DNA of 64,000 bases from an uncultured Planctomycetales bacterium (GTDB lineage: Bacteria > Omnitrophota > Gorgyraeia > Zapsychrales > JBDRMG01), in the NCBI GenBank assembly GCA_964478715.1, contig CAYZIY010000006.1, positions 23,186-87,185 on the forward strand. Reading direction: 5' to 3'. A program made the position numbers and the translations under genes. The notes beneath the pieces are model-generated. The model was not told the origin of the DNA and made no database searches. It saw nothing but the letters and a program-made list of their open reading frames with translations. Positions 38,454 to 48,275 of this stretch are shown here, in pieces (within the stretch, counting starts at the first letter, position 1; each line of letters opens with the position of its first letter).

Positions 38454-38917
38454 AATTGATTGATGGCTTCTTCCGAGAGATTAGGATCAAACCCGCGGCG
38501 CAGTAAATAGCCATATAATCGCTGTTTTCTTATTCTGGGATTCAGCTTATTAAGCGTTTTCATTTTTTTACGTATCAAAATCTCGATAATTTCTTTTTCC
38601 GATGATTGGCATCGGAGAGATTCCATTTTTTGCGAAATTAACTGCTGATCAAGACCTTTTTCAGTCAGTTCCTTTTTTATTCGAAGTGGACCGTATGATT
38701 GGCCATAACGGTTTTCGATCCAGTCCTGTGCGAATTGAGCATCATCAACAAGCCCGGTTTTTTTAAGGTCTTTAAGGACATTTTGGATAATGATTTCAGA
38801 GAACCCCTTTCGCCTTAATCGCTTTTGCAGTTCATTTTCACTGCGAGCGCGGAACTTTAAAAGAACCAGGGCCGCTTGTTTTGCCTGACGAAGCGGCCTT
38901 GGAATCATATCGCTCAT
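38450..38917 (-). CDS. recX: regulatory protein RecX
   Basis: RSENEL..RL, LVDDAQFA, GPLRIKKEL..KG, YLLRRGF. Confidence 0.92.
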   Translation of the reverse strand: MSDMIPRPLRQAKQAALVLLKFRARSENELQKRLRRKGFSEIIIQNVLKDLKKTGLVDDAQFAQDWIENRYGQSYGPLRIKKELTEKGLDQQLISQKMESLRCQSSEKEIIEILIRKKMKTLNKLNPRIRKQRLYGYLLRRGFDPNLSEEAINQL

Positions 38918-40423
38918 CTATTCTTGCTTTTCTTTAATGACCACATATCCGCGGTTGGTCCGAAGAAGACAGTCTCCTTGGCATTTTATTGCTTCCAGAC
39001 GGAATTCCTCGGCATCCTTTACGGGTTTATTATTGACAGATGTAATGATGTCTCCTTTGCGTAATCCGGCGTCCCCAGCAGGGGAATCTTCTTCAACGCC
39101 ATTGATCACAACCCCATCGGCATCTCCTCTTCTGAGCCGATCTGCCAAAGATTCGGGAATATTCTGAAAACTCATTCCGCGCCAGGTGTTATCCGCGTCT
39201 CGGTCGTCTTTTTCATCATCGACCAGCACCTGGCCTTCTTCATCGAATAAAGGCCGTTTGCCGGTTTTCAGATCTACGAGCAGGGTTTTCTGATCGCGCA
39301 AGACCTTAATCCTGATTGACTCACCAACGGGAGTTTGGCCTACCAGATTGACAAGATGGGATACGTTTTTGACTTTTTCTCCTTCAATCTCCAAGATCAC
39401 ATCGCCTTCCTGAATGCCGACTTTTTCGGCCGGACCACCTTCTAGGACCTTGCTGACTAGAGCGCCCTGAGTGGAATCCAGATCGAAATAATCCGCCAGA
39501 CTTTGATCAATATCTTGAATGCTGACACCGATCCACCCATATTCGACATCTTCCCCTTTGATCAGGCTTGTAATAATGCGTTTAGCGGTCGTTACCGGAA
39601 TAGCAAAACCGATTCCCTGATATCCGCCGGATGTGGAAAAAATAGCCACATTGATGCCGATGACTTCTCCTTTGAGATTAACCAAAGGACCTCCGGAATT
39701 GCCCGGATTGATGGCGGCATCTGTTTGGATCAACCCTGTATAATTTCGATCCTGGCGGCGGCCTTGCGGTAATGATCGGTTTAGTGCACTAACAACTCCG
39801 ACGGTCACTGTTGGTTCTGGATTGGCGATTAATTGCCCGAAGGGATTACCGATCGCCACAACCCATTGGCCGATTCTGATATCATCCGAATTACCAAGCT
39901 TGGCTACCGGAAGCTTTCCCGCCTCAATTTTGACCACTGCCAAATCGCTTCTCGAATCGGTTCCCACCAGCTTTCCTTCAAATTCACGTCCGTCCGGAAG
40001 GGTCACATTGATTTTATCGGCTTCTCCAACAACATGTTCATTAGTGAGAATATATCCTCGCTGATCGATGATCACTCCGCTTCCCAGCCCATGCTGGCGT
40101 CTTTCGTATTCCGGCAGATTACCGAAGAAATCTTCAAAGAAACGGTCAAAGAAATCGTCATGAAACGGTGAAGAAAAGCGTCGCTGGATATTGTATTTTC
40201 GCTTGACTTCGACGTGGATGGAAACAACCGCCGGGCCTATGGCCTCAGCGACTTTTTCTACAGCCTGGGTAAAATTCCCCTGCTCTACGGTTCTCGCTCC
40301 TTCGTTTTGAAAACCGCCGGAGTTAACAACCGGATTCATTTCCAGACGGGATGATATCATCAGTCCGATGATAATACCGCAAACCAAAATTAAAACAGAA
40401 ATAGAACGTTGATTTCTATTCAT
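38918..40423 (-). CDS. degP: DegP/HtrA (Do family) serine protease with two PDZ domains
   Basis: GSGVII, LTNEHVV, IQTDAAINPGNSGGPL, two PDZ domains. Confidence 0.93.
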   Translation of the reverse strand: MNRNQRSISVLILVCGIIIGLMISSRLEMNPVVNSGGFQNEGARTVEQGNFTQAVEKVAEAIGPAVVSIHVEVKRKYNIQRRFSSPFHDDFFDRFFEDFFGNLPEYERRQHGLGSGVIIDQRGYILTNEHVVGEADKINVTLPDGREFEGKLVGTDSRSDLAVVKIEAGKLPVAKLGNSDDIRIGQWVVAIGNPFGQLIANPEPTVTVGVVSALNRSLPQGRRQDRNYTGLIQTDAAINPGNSGGPLVNLKGEVIGINVAIFSTSGGYQGIGFAIPVTTAKRIITSLIKGEDVEYGWIGVSIQDIDQSLADYFDLDSTQGALVSKVLEGGPAEKVGIQEGDVILEIEGEKVKNVSHLVNLVGQTPVGESIRIKVLRDQKTLLVDLKTGKRPLFDEEGQVLVDDEKDDRDADNTWRGMSFQNIPESLADRLRRGDADGVVINGVEEDSPAGDAGLRKGDIITSVNNKPVKDAEEFRLEAIKCQGDCLLRTNRGYVVIKEKQE

Positions 40424-40450
40424 TGAAGCACCCCCTCCTGCTTAATGGAA

Positions 40451-41473
40451 CTACTTTTTCATCTTTTCCATAATCAATTTTTCAACCTTGGTTAATACTT
40501 TCGGATTTTCCTTAAGAAAAGCCCGGGCGCTTTCCCGCCCCTGGCCAATCTTTTCATCCTCAAAAGAAAACCAGCTGCCCGATTTATTGATTACTTCAGA
40601 TTTGATCCCCATATCAATGACATCACTGATACGCGAGATTCCCTCGCTAAAGTGAATTTCAAACTGGGCTTCGCGAAACGGAGGAGCCACCTTGTTCTTA
40701 ACAACTTTGGCCCGCACGCGGGTTCCGATCATCTCTTCGCCTCTTTTTAAAGATTCGATGCGTCTAAGATCAATGCGGACCGACGAGTAGAATTTCAGAG
40801 CCCGGCCGCCGGTAGTGGTCTCTGGAGAACCAAACATGACGCCTATCTTCATGCGAATCTGATTGATAAAGATCACGCAGGTTTTTGATTTACTGATAGC
40901 CGCCGTAAGCTTGCGCAGGGCTTGGCTCATTAAGCGGGCCTGTAAACCCATGTGGCTGTCGCCCATCTCTCCTTCAATCTCGGCCCGGGGAGTCAGGGCA
41001 GCTACCGAGTCAATGACAATCAAATCGACTGCATTAGAGCGAACCAGCGTTTCGGCAATCTCCAGCGCCTGTTCCCCCGTATCCGGCTGTGAGATTAAAA
41101 GTTCGTCGAGATTGATCCCGATGGTTTTGCCGTAAGCTGAATCAAAGGCGTGCTCCGCATCGATAAAGGCAGCCACACCGGCCATCTTCTGAATTTCTTT
41201 GATAATGCTTAGGGTCAATGTGGTTTTTCCGGAAGATTCCGGACCGTAAATCTCGACCACTCTTCCCCGGGGGACGCCGCCGATTCCTAAGGCCAGGTCC
41301 AGAGATAAGGAACCTGTTGGAATGGCCGGAATATTGAGCGCTACATCACTGTTGAGCTTCATAATAGAGCCTTTGCCAAATTGTTTTTCAATTTGAGAAA
41401 GAGCCAGCTCCAGAGCTTTGTGCCGATTGGAAGCGTCCGGCTGTGGTTGTTGAGCTTTTTTACTCGATTTCAT
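40451..41473 (-). CDS. recA: recombinase RecA
   Basis: [35 protein letters not shown]. Confidence 0.99.
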   Translation of the reverse strand: MKSSKKAQQPQPDASNRHKALELALSQIEKQFGKGSIMKLNSDVALNIPAIPTGSLSLDLALGIGGVPRGRVVEIYGPESSGKTTLTLSIIKEIQKMAGVAAFIDAEHAFDSAYGKTIGINLDELLISQPDTGEQALEIAETLVRSNAVDLIVIDSVAALTPRAEIEGEMGDSHMGLQARLMSQALRKLTAAISKSKTCVIFINQIRMKIGVMFGSPETTTGGRALKFYSSVRIDLRRIESLKRGEEMIGTRVRAKVVKNKVAPPFREAQFEIHFSEGISRISDVIDMGIKSEVINKSGSWFSFEDEKIGQGRESARAFLKENPKVLTKVEKLIMEKMKK

Positions 41474-41524
41474 AGGAAACCCCCTTATTACATCTATTGA
41501 TTATGAGCTTGCGACGGATTTTTG

Positions 41525-41553
41525 ATTATACCTAAGCGAATGTTCCTTGTCAA
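41525..41553 (-). promoter_or_regulatory. sigma70 promoter of recA
   Basis: Perfect consensus TTGACA-N17-TATAAT on the minus strand. Confidence 0.85.
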
Positions 41554-41603
41554 TAATTTATCGGCATACTAACACTATCAAAATAAAGGAGTTACATTTA
41601 TTC

Positions 41604-41617
41604 TGTTCAAGCGAATA
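41604..41617. promoter_or_regulatory. candidate LexA (SOS) box
   Basis: TGTTC-AAGC-GAATA, one mismatch to the TGTTC-N4-GAACA palindrome, upstream of recA. Confidence 0.45.
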
Positions 41618-41628
41618 TTATAATAATA

Positions 41629-43425
41629 CTAATTTTTCTTTATGCACTTTTGGTAATCGAAAGGAATGTTGGGCTGGGATTGTGGAAATATTTGCAGGAG
41701 CATCTTGACGTGTCTTTCAGCTTCTTGGCATCGGGCCTCTCGGGAGTAAAGGCCGATTAAGCGATAATGAGCATCGACACTTTGAGGGGCAAAATGAAGC
41801 ACCTCATGAAATAATCGGATAGCCTCCTCGGTGTTCTCCATTTTCTCAAAGGCAAAAGCCAGGTTGTAGAGCACATCCACATCAAAGGGATTGATCCGCA
41901 AAGCTTTATTGTAAGTCAAGGCGGCATTTTTAAGGTCACCCGTGTTAAGATAAAGATTGCCGAGATTGTAAAGGACATTGGTGTCATTTGGTTGAAGACG
42001 TAGAGCATTGAGATAGCTTTCTCTGGCCTGATCCATCTCTCCCCGACGAGAATGAATCGGACCGGATTTGGAGAATGTAAGGAACTCAACGATCTTGGGA
42101 TTTAATTTCACGGGCTTACAGATGGCGAAAACGACGGCAACCCCCAGCAGGCTTGCCGAAAAAGCTTCCCATTTTTTCTTTATCAACATATCAAAAAGAA
42201 AAACAATAGCCGCGCTTTCAAAAATAATCAAAAACGGCAAGATGCTGATCCGGTGTCTGAGAATCAAAAAATAGATGAGAGTAAAAATCAATTGACTTAA
42301 AATCAGAAAGACGATCAGCCAGGCTTTGGGATTCTTTTTAAGGCCAATGATCATCCCCAGAAGCGCTAACGGTAAAATTATGCGAAAACCGTTGTGATCA
42401 AGTTTTTTCTTCCACTGTCTTTGAAAGATCAAATCCAGGTCATAGGTAGCCTGATGATCAATGAAAAAAAGCTTGAGCTTGTTAACAATCAAATCAAAAT
42501 ACCGTTGGGGATTTTCGCGGATAAAATCCACGGCTAGATTTTGCCAATAGGCGGACACCTCTGAGGGCTTGAGCTCTTTGCGGAGCCTGGATTCGGCGAT
42601 GATGCGCGGATCATCCACATGTCCCTGGTGAAAGGGCCTTAAAAACATTGGATTGTTAAATGTGCCTGTGGATTGAGGATTATTGCCGATATAAAAATTA
42701 ATGCCGCTATGGGCGCTTAAAAAAACAAAATCATTCCCCAATTTATAGTTGCGATAGGAAACGGATGCCAGCACAAGTAAAAGTCCCAGAGCGCATAATG
42801 CTAAGCGTTTTGCGATAGCTCGCGCAGATCGGCGTTTGCGAAAAAGAATAAAACAAAATGAAAACATAACGAAAATAAGAAATTTACCGTCGGCGAGAGC
42901 ACCTGATCCCAGAAAAAGACCCAGCAGGAACCAGCGCAAAAAACGGGAATGTTCATCCAAATAGAGGAAGCCGCAAATGACGACACAGCTTAAAAAGATG
43001 ATCAAGGGAACCGGCATCAGGAGCCAGTCATAATAAATCAGCGGAAAGCTCAGCGCGGTTAAAATACCGGAAAGGACAGCCACTTTTTGGCCAAAGAGAC
43101 GTTTGGCAATGACATAGATGAATATTACATTGACCGAACCGAGGACGAGGTGAAATCCGCGAATCAGCTCAATATTATCGCCGAGAAGGCGCATCAAAAA
43201 GGCCAGGAAATACGGATAAAGCGGCATGCCATGGAAGGCGCGTTTAGCCAGACCGGTTTGGGCAATGATCTGGCGGGCCCAGTCCTGATAAAAAAGGACA
43301 TCACTGCTGGGATCATCGATAAAGAAATAGTGAGCCTGCAGGAAAGCGCTGTAAGTAAAGCGCACAGCCAGGGAAACCATAAACAGGATGGCCAGAAAGA
43401 AAATTTCTTTACGATTTGCGTTCAT
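41629..43425 (-). CDS. ArnT/PMT-like (GT-C) glycosyltransferase with C-terminal TPRs
   Basis: D..FYQDWA, PLYPYFLA, GINFYIGNNP, multiple TM helices, C-terminal TPRs. Confidence 0.8.
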   Translation of the reverse strand: MNANRKEIFFLAILFMVSLAVRFTYSAFLQAHYFFIDDPSSDVLFYQDWARQIIAQTGLAKRAFHGMPLYPYFLAFLMRLLGDNIELIRGFHLVLGSVNVIFIYVIAKRLFGQKVAVLSGILTALSFPLIYYDWLLMPVPLIIFLSCVVICGFLYLDEHSRFLRWFLLGLFLGSGALADGKFLIFVMFSFCFILFRKRRSARAIAKRLALCALGLLLVLASVSYRNYKLGNDFVFLSAHSGINFYIGNNPQSTGTFNNPMFLRPFHQGHVDDPRIIAESRLRKELKPSEVSAYWQNLAVDFIRENPQRYFDLIVNKLKLFFIDHQATYDLDLIFQRQWKKKLDHNGFRIILPLALLGMIIGLKKNPKAWLIVFLILSQLIFTLIYFLILRHRISILPFLIIFESAAIVFLFDMLIKKKWEAFSASLLGVAVVFAICKPVKLNPKIVEFLTFSKSGPIHSRRGEMDQARESYLNALRLQPNDTNVLYNLGNLYLNTGDLKNAALTYNKALRINPFDVDVLYNLAFAFEKMENTEEAIRLFHEVLHFAPQSVDAHYRLIGLYSREARCQEAERHVKMLLQIFPQSQPNIPFDYQKCIKKN

Positions 43426-44155
43426 GAAGCATTTGGGAGATCAGCGCCACCGAAATGATCGCTGCGGTATCGACTTTGAGAGTTGTGGGGCCCAGAGTAA
43501 CCGGTTCGCATTTATGCTTGAAGGCCAATTCCAACTCGTCTTTAGTAAAATCGCCTTCGGGTCCTACAAAGATAATAATCCGCTTAAAAGAATAATTTTT
43601 CTTAAGCAGGTTAGCTATGGTCTTTTGCTTCTCGGATAAAACCGCGATTAAAGCCAGATGGCCGTTGTTATTGATTAATTCAAGGGCTTTGGGGAAAAGC
43701 ACGGGATCTTTGATTTCCGGAACGGTTTTTCGCTGACATTGTTTGGCCGCATTAATTGCGATTGCTTGATAGCGCTGCTTTTTTTTGCGCGCCCTCTCTC
43801 CTTTAAGATTCACTTCACTGCGTTTAGTCTGAAGCGGAATGATTTCATCGACACCGAGTTCCGTGCATTTTTCGATAATGGTTTCAAACTTCGCTCGTTT
43901 GGGAATCGCGCAGGCCAGGCAAATTGGGGGTCGATCAGGTATATTCCTTTGAAAGGCTTGGATTGTTAATTCAACGAGACTGTCAGAGAGCTGAGTGATT
44001 TGTGCTTGCCCCTGGCCCCCTTTTCTGTCAAAAATCTCTATATCATCTCCCTTTTTATGGCGCAAAACATTTTTTAGATGATGGATTTCCTTATGATCAG
44101 TTAATTTTATAAATTTTTGATCCGAGAATATTTGAGGGATGAAGAAACGGTGCAT
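43409..44155 (-). CDS. rsmE: 16S rRNA m3U1498 methyltransferase
   Basis: HLKNVLR, EKCTELGV, AAKQCQR, VGPEGDF, LKVDTA. Confidence 0.95.
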   Translation of the reverse strand: MHRFFIPQIFSDQKFIKLTDHKEIHHLKNVLRHKKGDDIEIFDRKGGQGQAQITQLSDSLVELTIQAFQRNIPDRPPICLACAIPKRAKFETIIEKCTELGVDEIIPLQTKRSEVNLKGERARKKKQRYQAIAINAAKQCQRKTVPEIKDPVLFPKALELINNNGHLALIAVLSEKQKTIANLLKKNYSFKRIIIFVGPEGDFTKDELELAFKHKCEPVTLGPTTLKVDTAAIISVALISQMLHERKS

Positions 44156-44165
44156 AATTATTTAA

Positions 44166-44238
44166 TGGACCGAGGGGGAGTCGAACCCCCGACCTCCTGA
44201 TTGCGAACCAGGCGTTCTCCCAGCTGAACTACCGGCCC
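44166..44238 (-). tRNA. tRNA-Ala(CGC)
   Basis: GGGCCGGTAGTTCAGCTGGGAGAACG-CCTGG-TTCGCAA-TCAGG...GTTCGACTC...TCGGTCCA. Has the G3-U70 Ala determinant; no encoded CCA. Confidence 0.93.
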
Positions 44239-44279
44239 ATAATTTATTATTAGAAATCAAACTCAACTTTGAGGCTCCG

Positions 44280-44308
44280 AGTATATTGGAGAAAGCTTAT
44301 TTTAGCAA
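44280..44308 (-). promoter_or_regulatory. putative sigma70 promoter of tRNA-Ala
   Basis: TTGCTA-N17-TATACT. Confidence 0.55.
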
Positions 44309-44332
44309 AGCTGAAAAATAATAACAAGGACG

Positions 44333-46192
44333 TTATAAATCTTTCGGATTACCAGGATTGCTTCGTTTTCCTTGAAGAATTTCGGATACAGCCCAATACG
44401 CGATATCTTTCGTATTTGATGATGGATTTATCGATATTGCCCGAAGAATAAGTTGAACACCTGCTCCGTGATAGCCCAGATCAATCAATAGGGCTCCCTC
44501 TTCCAAAAGATCATTGAAATGAAATGGAGGATTAAGCATGTCCTTTATCTTGGATCTGTCTCTGGAAAGTATATGCTGTTTTAGCAATTCGAGATCGCTC
44601 TCCTGAGTCTTAACGGCGGTCATCCTTGTTTCGTAATTTTGTGCTTTTTCAGGAAGATCGAAAGTATTCCTTCTCACAAAGATAACATTGGTCTTATTGA
44701 CGAATATAAGCTGCCAATCGGGATCGTGATTCAGATAGTCGATAAATTTCCATAGAAAATGCTTGGCGGTATCCAATAAAACGATATGCAGATTGTGAGT
44801 TTTCGAAAATTGCGGCCACAGTTCTTCATGTGAGATGATGACGTCATAATATTGATCCATGAAATTTTTATCAAGTTGACGACCATCCTTGACCGGTTTC
44901 AGATTGGGATAAGCAGACCACAAAAGATAGCCTCCGTAAACGTGAGAATTAAAGACGGGTCCGGAGATCTTGGTTTCCTTAAGGAACTCAACAGCCTCCC
45001 CAGGATTACCAAAATAGATTGCAGAGCTGTAGAAATTAACTACGCGTCCATCAAGGTAGAGTCTTTTAGTAAATTTGCGATATCCTTGAAAGGCTAAAAG
45101 AGAAATTAAAAGAATTATGTAAAAAGCCGGATGGCGCAGTATAGAAAAAATTTTCTTGTTCATAATTTTGAGGATAAAACTTTTCGAATTCTGGAAGGTT
45201 TCGGTAATGATGACGCATGAAATCAAACCGAAATACACAGATGCTCTTTTCGTATAAAGAAATAAAAATAAAGCAAACATAAAATGCAGAAGAAAAAGAA
45301 AGCGAAATTTCTTATTGATTGCAAGAGAAAAGATTACCAAGGCGATAGTCAGGTGAGCCCAGAGTCCGCTGAGTTTCAATAGATATAATGGAGGCCGAGC
45401 TTCAGCGATAATAAGACTGTATCGGCCATAATGAGAAAATCCGGGCTTAAGAAAGAATTTGAACCAATGCAACACCCCTTTTATTCCATGGGGGTTTATG
45501 CAAAAGGCTAAAAGCAGGAGAGTATAGATTGATATGTTTTGCGTGAGGCGTTTTATTATTCTTTGCTTCTCTGAATCACGAACAAATAATTGAACGAAAT
45601 CATGAAAGATGAAGACGACCCAAAGGAGATTTCCATAAACAAACGCACCGGGGTGGATGTTGTACCAGATAATACCGAGAACCGGAAGCCAAAGAATATG
45701 TTTAGACTGATCGTCTTTTTGGTGTTTCAATAATTGAGTAAAGAATATGATGATACAGGGAAAATTGATCAAAAGCGGACGCAAGAGGCATCGCAGCGAC
45801 AGAGGATAAGATAACAACAGGCAAATGACCAGTAAAAAATAAAAGGATATTTTTTTACGGTAAATAAGAAAAAATAATGCCATTACGCAAATCAAATAAA
45901 TCAATCTGAAAAGAATCAAGCCTTGTAAACCCGCGATACGATAGGTTCCGTAAAGCAAGACATCTCCCAGCCATTGATTATGGATCCAGGGTATTTCTTT
46001 TTCGTTGAATGAAAAGGGATCTACGAGGGGAATAGTTTTATTTTGAACAATCCACTCCCCTGTTTTAAGATGCCACCAGACATCATCGGTTTCAATTGGT
46101 TGATAGAATATCAGGGCAAGATAAGCGATGAATAAAACAAGGGCTGCAATCTGATATTTAGAATGGCATGAACTATGTGGTTTTTCTAACAA
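44333..46192 (-). CDS. multi-pass membrane protein, GT-C-like (DxWWHLxxG family)
   Basis: DDVWWHLKTGEWI in the first external loop, DPFSF, HNQWL, about 10 or more TM helices, FNSHVYGGYLLW, DGR. Confidence 0.7.
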   Translation of the reverse strand: MLEKPHSSCHSKYQIAALVLFIAYLALIFYQPIETDDVWWHLKTGEWIVQNKTIPLVDPFSFNEKEIPWIHNQWLGDVLLYGTYRIAGLQGLILFRLIYLICVMALFFLIYRKKISFYFLLVICLLLSYPLSLRCLLRPLLINFPCIIIFFTQLLKHQKDDQSKHILWLPVLGIIWYNIHPGAFVYGNLLWVVFIFHDFVQLFVRDSEKQRIIKRLTQNISIYTLLLLAFCINPHGIKGVLHWFKFFLKPGFSHYGRYSLIIAEARPPLYLLKLSGLWAHLTIALVIFSLAINKKFRFLFLLHFMFALFLFLYTKRASVYFGLISCVIITETFQNSKSFILKIMNKKIFSILRHPAFYIILLISLLAFQGYRKFTKRLYLDGRVVNFYSSAIYFGNPGEAVEFLKETKISGPVFNSHVYGGYLLWSAYPNLKPVKDGRQLDKNFMDQYYDVIISHEELWPQFSKTHNLHIVLLDTAKHFLWKFIDYLNHDPDWQLIFVNKTNVIFVRRNTFDLPEKAQNYETRMTAVKTQESDLELLKQHILSRDRSKIKDMLNPPFHFNDLLEEGALLIDLGYHGAGVQLILRAISINPSSNTKDIAYWAVSEILQGKRSNPGNPKDL

Positions 46193-46195
46193 AGC

Positions 46196-46906
46196 TTAAA
46201 AACTATGAAGTTGAGGGGTTGTTTGTGTGTGGATTTCGAATCTCGGGTTTGTTTGCTGATCAAGCGGTGTTTGACAGGGCTGGGTGTTGTCAAAGCAAGA
46301 ACGAAGCGTTAAGTCCAAATAAAAATCGCTGACAGCCGGATCGTCATTTCGTTCAAAACTGGTAACAAAACCACCAGCTTCAATGGCAGGGTCGAGAACC
46401 TGGCCCACAACCGGGGCCACGGCAGTGCATATTGTCCATCCGCCTCTGCATCGATGAATGTTCTGTCCTATTTGGGTATAGCAGGTGATCACGCCCAAAT
46501 ATTCTTCAAGGGGTACCTGTAACATGCAGGTATTCGAACACTGATCATTGGCGCCGCTATAGCCGCCGTCGTCACACTGTTCTCCAGCTACCAAATAGCC
46601 GTCTCCGCAAACTGCATCAGCAATAAGTTCCCGATAACGGCTGCGGATACAAAGAGTGGATGCGTCGGGCATGCGGATACCCAAATCATTCGCGTGTCCT
46701 GTGGCCATTTCGGCTCTTTTTGCGATTTCCATCATCAAGCCGGTTGTGCGGCTGGCAACCAGAGCATCACGGGATGCGCCTTGCTGCATTTGCCGCATGG
46801 AAGAATCTGTAACCACAATGCCGATGCCGACAATACCGGCAATGATAGCTACGATAAGCAGTTCGGTTAAAGATAACCCGTTTTTTATGAGCAGACTTTT
46901 TCTCAT
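46196..46906 (-). CDS. minor pilin (PilW-like) with Cys-rich repeat
   Basis: Class III signal KNG|LSLTELLIV; internal CGDG...EQCDDG...CSNTC. Confidence 0.8.
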   Translation of the reverse strand: MRKSLLIKNGLSLTELLIVAIIAGIVGIGIVVTDSSMRQMQQGASRDALVASRTTGLMMEIAKRAEMATGHANDLGIRMPDASTLCIRSRYRELIADAVCGDGYLVAGEQCDDGGYSGANDQCSNTCMLQVPLEEYLGVITCYTQIGQNIHRCRGGWTICTAVAPVVGQVLDPAIEAGGFVTSFERNDDPAVSDFYLDLTLRSCFDNTQPCQTPLDQQTNPRFEIHTQTTPQLHSF

Positions 46907-46925
46907 GATTTCTTCCGGAACAAGG

Positions 46926-47321
46926 TCATTCTGTCCAGGTAATATTGAGCGTGATTTTGCGCAGGGCCTTAGGGTTTCCTCCGATAGCGATGTTCGTGCA
47001 TGTAATTTGAACATCTCCGTTAAAGTTACTTAGTTCAGCCGGAAGAGTTCCTGTCCATGATTGAGTGGTTCCCGGAGCCGGAGAGCATGTTAAAGGAAAT
47101 GATCCATCCCAGATGTCCTGATTGACTTTAGACCGCAGCTCTTCCAGTATCTGTTTGCCCAAATGAGCTGCAATGATATCGCGGTCAGAAACGCCTCCTT
47201 CCTGCCGTGTCGCGCGAAGAGCGGTAAAAGTGCCCACAACGGCTACAGAGAAAATCAGAGTCGAGACAAGGACCTCGGCCAAGGAAACGCCTCGAATATT
47301 ATTTCTTAATTTCTTTATCAT
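46926..47321 (-). CDS. minor pilin (PilV-like)
   Basis: RG|VSLAEVLVSTLIF; C-terminal RKITLNITW. Confidence 0.8.
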   Translation of the reverse strand: MIKKLRNNIRGVSLAEVLVSTLIFSVAVVGTFTALRATRQEGGVSDRDIIAAHLGKQILEELRSKVNQDIWDGSFPLTCSPAPGTTQSWTGTLPAELSNFNGDVQITCTNIAIGGNPKALRKITLNITWTE

Positions 47322-47322
47322 T

Positions 47323-47757
47323 TTAATTGTAGGGGCAGGCACCGGTGGTGCACCGGGGGTTTATATTGCCTTCAACATCCAGATTATTTTCTGTAACGAT
47401 GATTCGGAAGCGGGATGTATCCGCCAGAGAAGGACTGGCTGCTTCGCAAATAAACATCATACTGTTTCCGCTGCATTCATATTCAACATTTGATTCCGGT
47501 AAAATATTGATATTTAAATTTGCGTTTATGGCTGCCACTCCTTGAGCTCCTCCATTTGGCCAGAATCCACCGAATTTGGCTCGATAAGCCATGTTGGCGC
47601 CGTGAATGATGACCAAATTATTGGTGGCCGTGCGGGCTGAAGCCAGCACCATGCTGCGTTGAAAATTTGGAATCGCCAGCCCGGCGATAATTCCCACAAT
47701 GATGACGACAACAAGGACTTCCGTTAATGTGTATGATTTATGGCTGGTATATTTCAT
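47323..47757 (-). CDS. type IV pilin
   Basis: KS|YTLTEVLVVVIIVGIIAGLAIP. Confidence 0.85.
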   Translation of the reverse strand: MKYTSHKSYTLTEVLVVVIIVGIIAGLAIPNFQRSMVLASARTATNNLVIIHGANMAYRAKFGGFWPNGGAQGVAAINANLNINILPESNVEYECSGNSMMFICEAASPSLADTSRFRIIVTENNLDVEGNINPRCTTGACPYN

Positions 47758-47766
47758 AATAAAATC

Positions 47767-48261
47767 CTAAGGACAAAAGCCTGAAGCAGAAATGCAGTTC
47801 GGATTTGTCGCGTCAAGAGGTTGATTGAGGTGAATATAGATTAAATAGGAATTACTAGGTTGAACTGTCGCGGGATTCATATTAGGACAAGTTCCTGTCG
47901 GGCGACAAACTCCGCAAATATGAATCTCTACCGGTACTCCTAGCCCTGTTGAACAGGCATATTGTTCATTATTATGAGGAATAATATTAAGATTGAGATC
48001 CGCATTAATTCCTTGAATATCTTTCTCAAAACCTGGTCCCCCAAAAGGAGGCCAGTATGTCTGCGTTTCTAATCTTCTAGCCTGTGCGGCCGCGTGGATC
48101 AAAAGGAGATTATCGATCGCCTGCCTGGCGTAAGAGCGTTCCCGCATTCTTGTTAAGTTGGGTAGGGCGAATGAAACCAGTACCCCGAGGATGACAAGAG
48201 TAACCAGTATTTCTGTCATCGTAAATCCGTTACGCGCATATTTTAAGGGACCTAAAAACAT
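47767..48261 (-). CDS. type IV pilin
   Basis: NG|FTMTEILVTLVILGVLVSFALP. Confidence 0.85.
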   Translation of the reverse strand: MFLGPLKYARNGFTMTEILVTLVILGVLVSFALPNLTRMRERSYARQAIDNLLLIHAAAQARRLETQTYWPPFGGPGFEKDIQGINADLNLNIIPHNNEQYACSTGLGVPVEIHICGVCRPTGTCPNMNPATVQPSNSYLIYIHLNQPLDATNPNCISASGFCP

Positions 48262-48275
48262 AATGATAATCTCAA

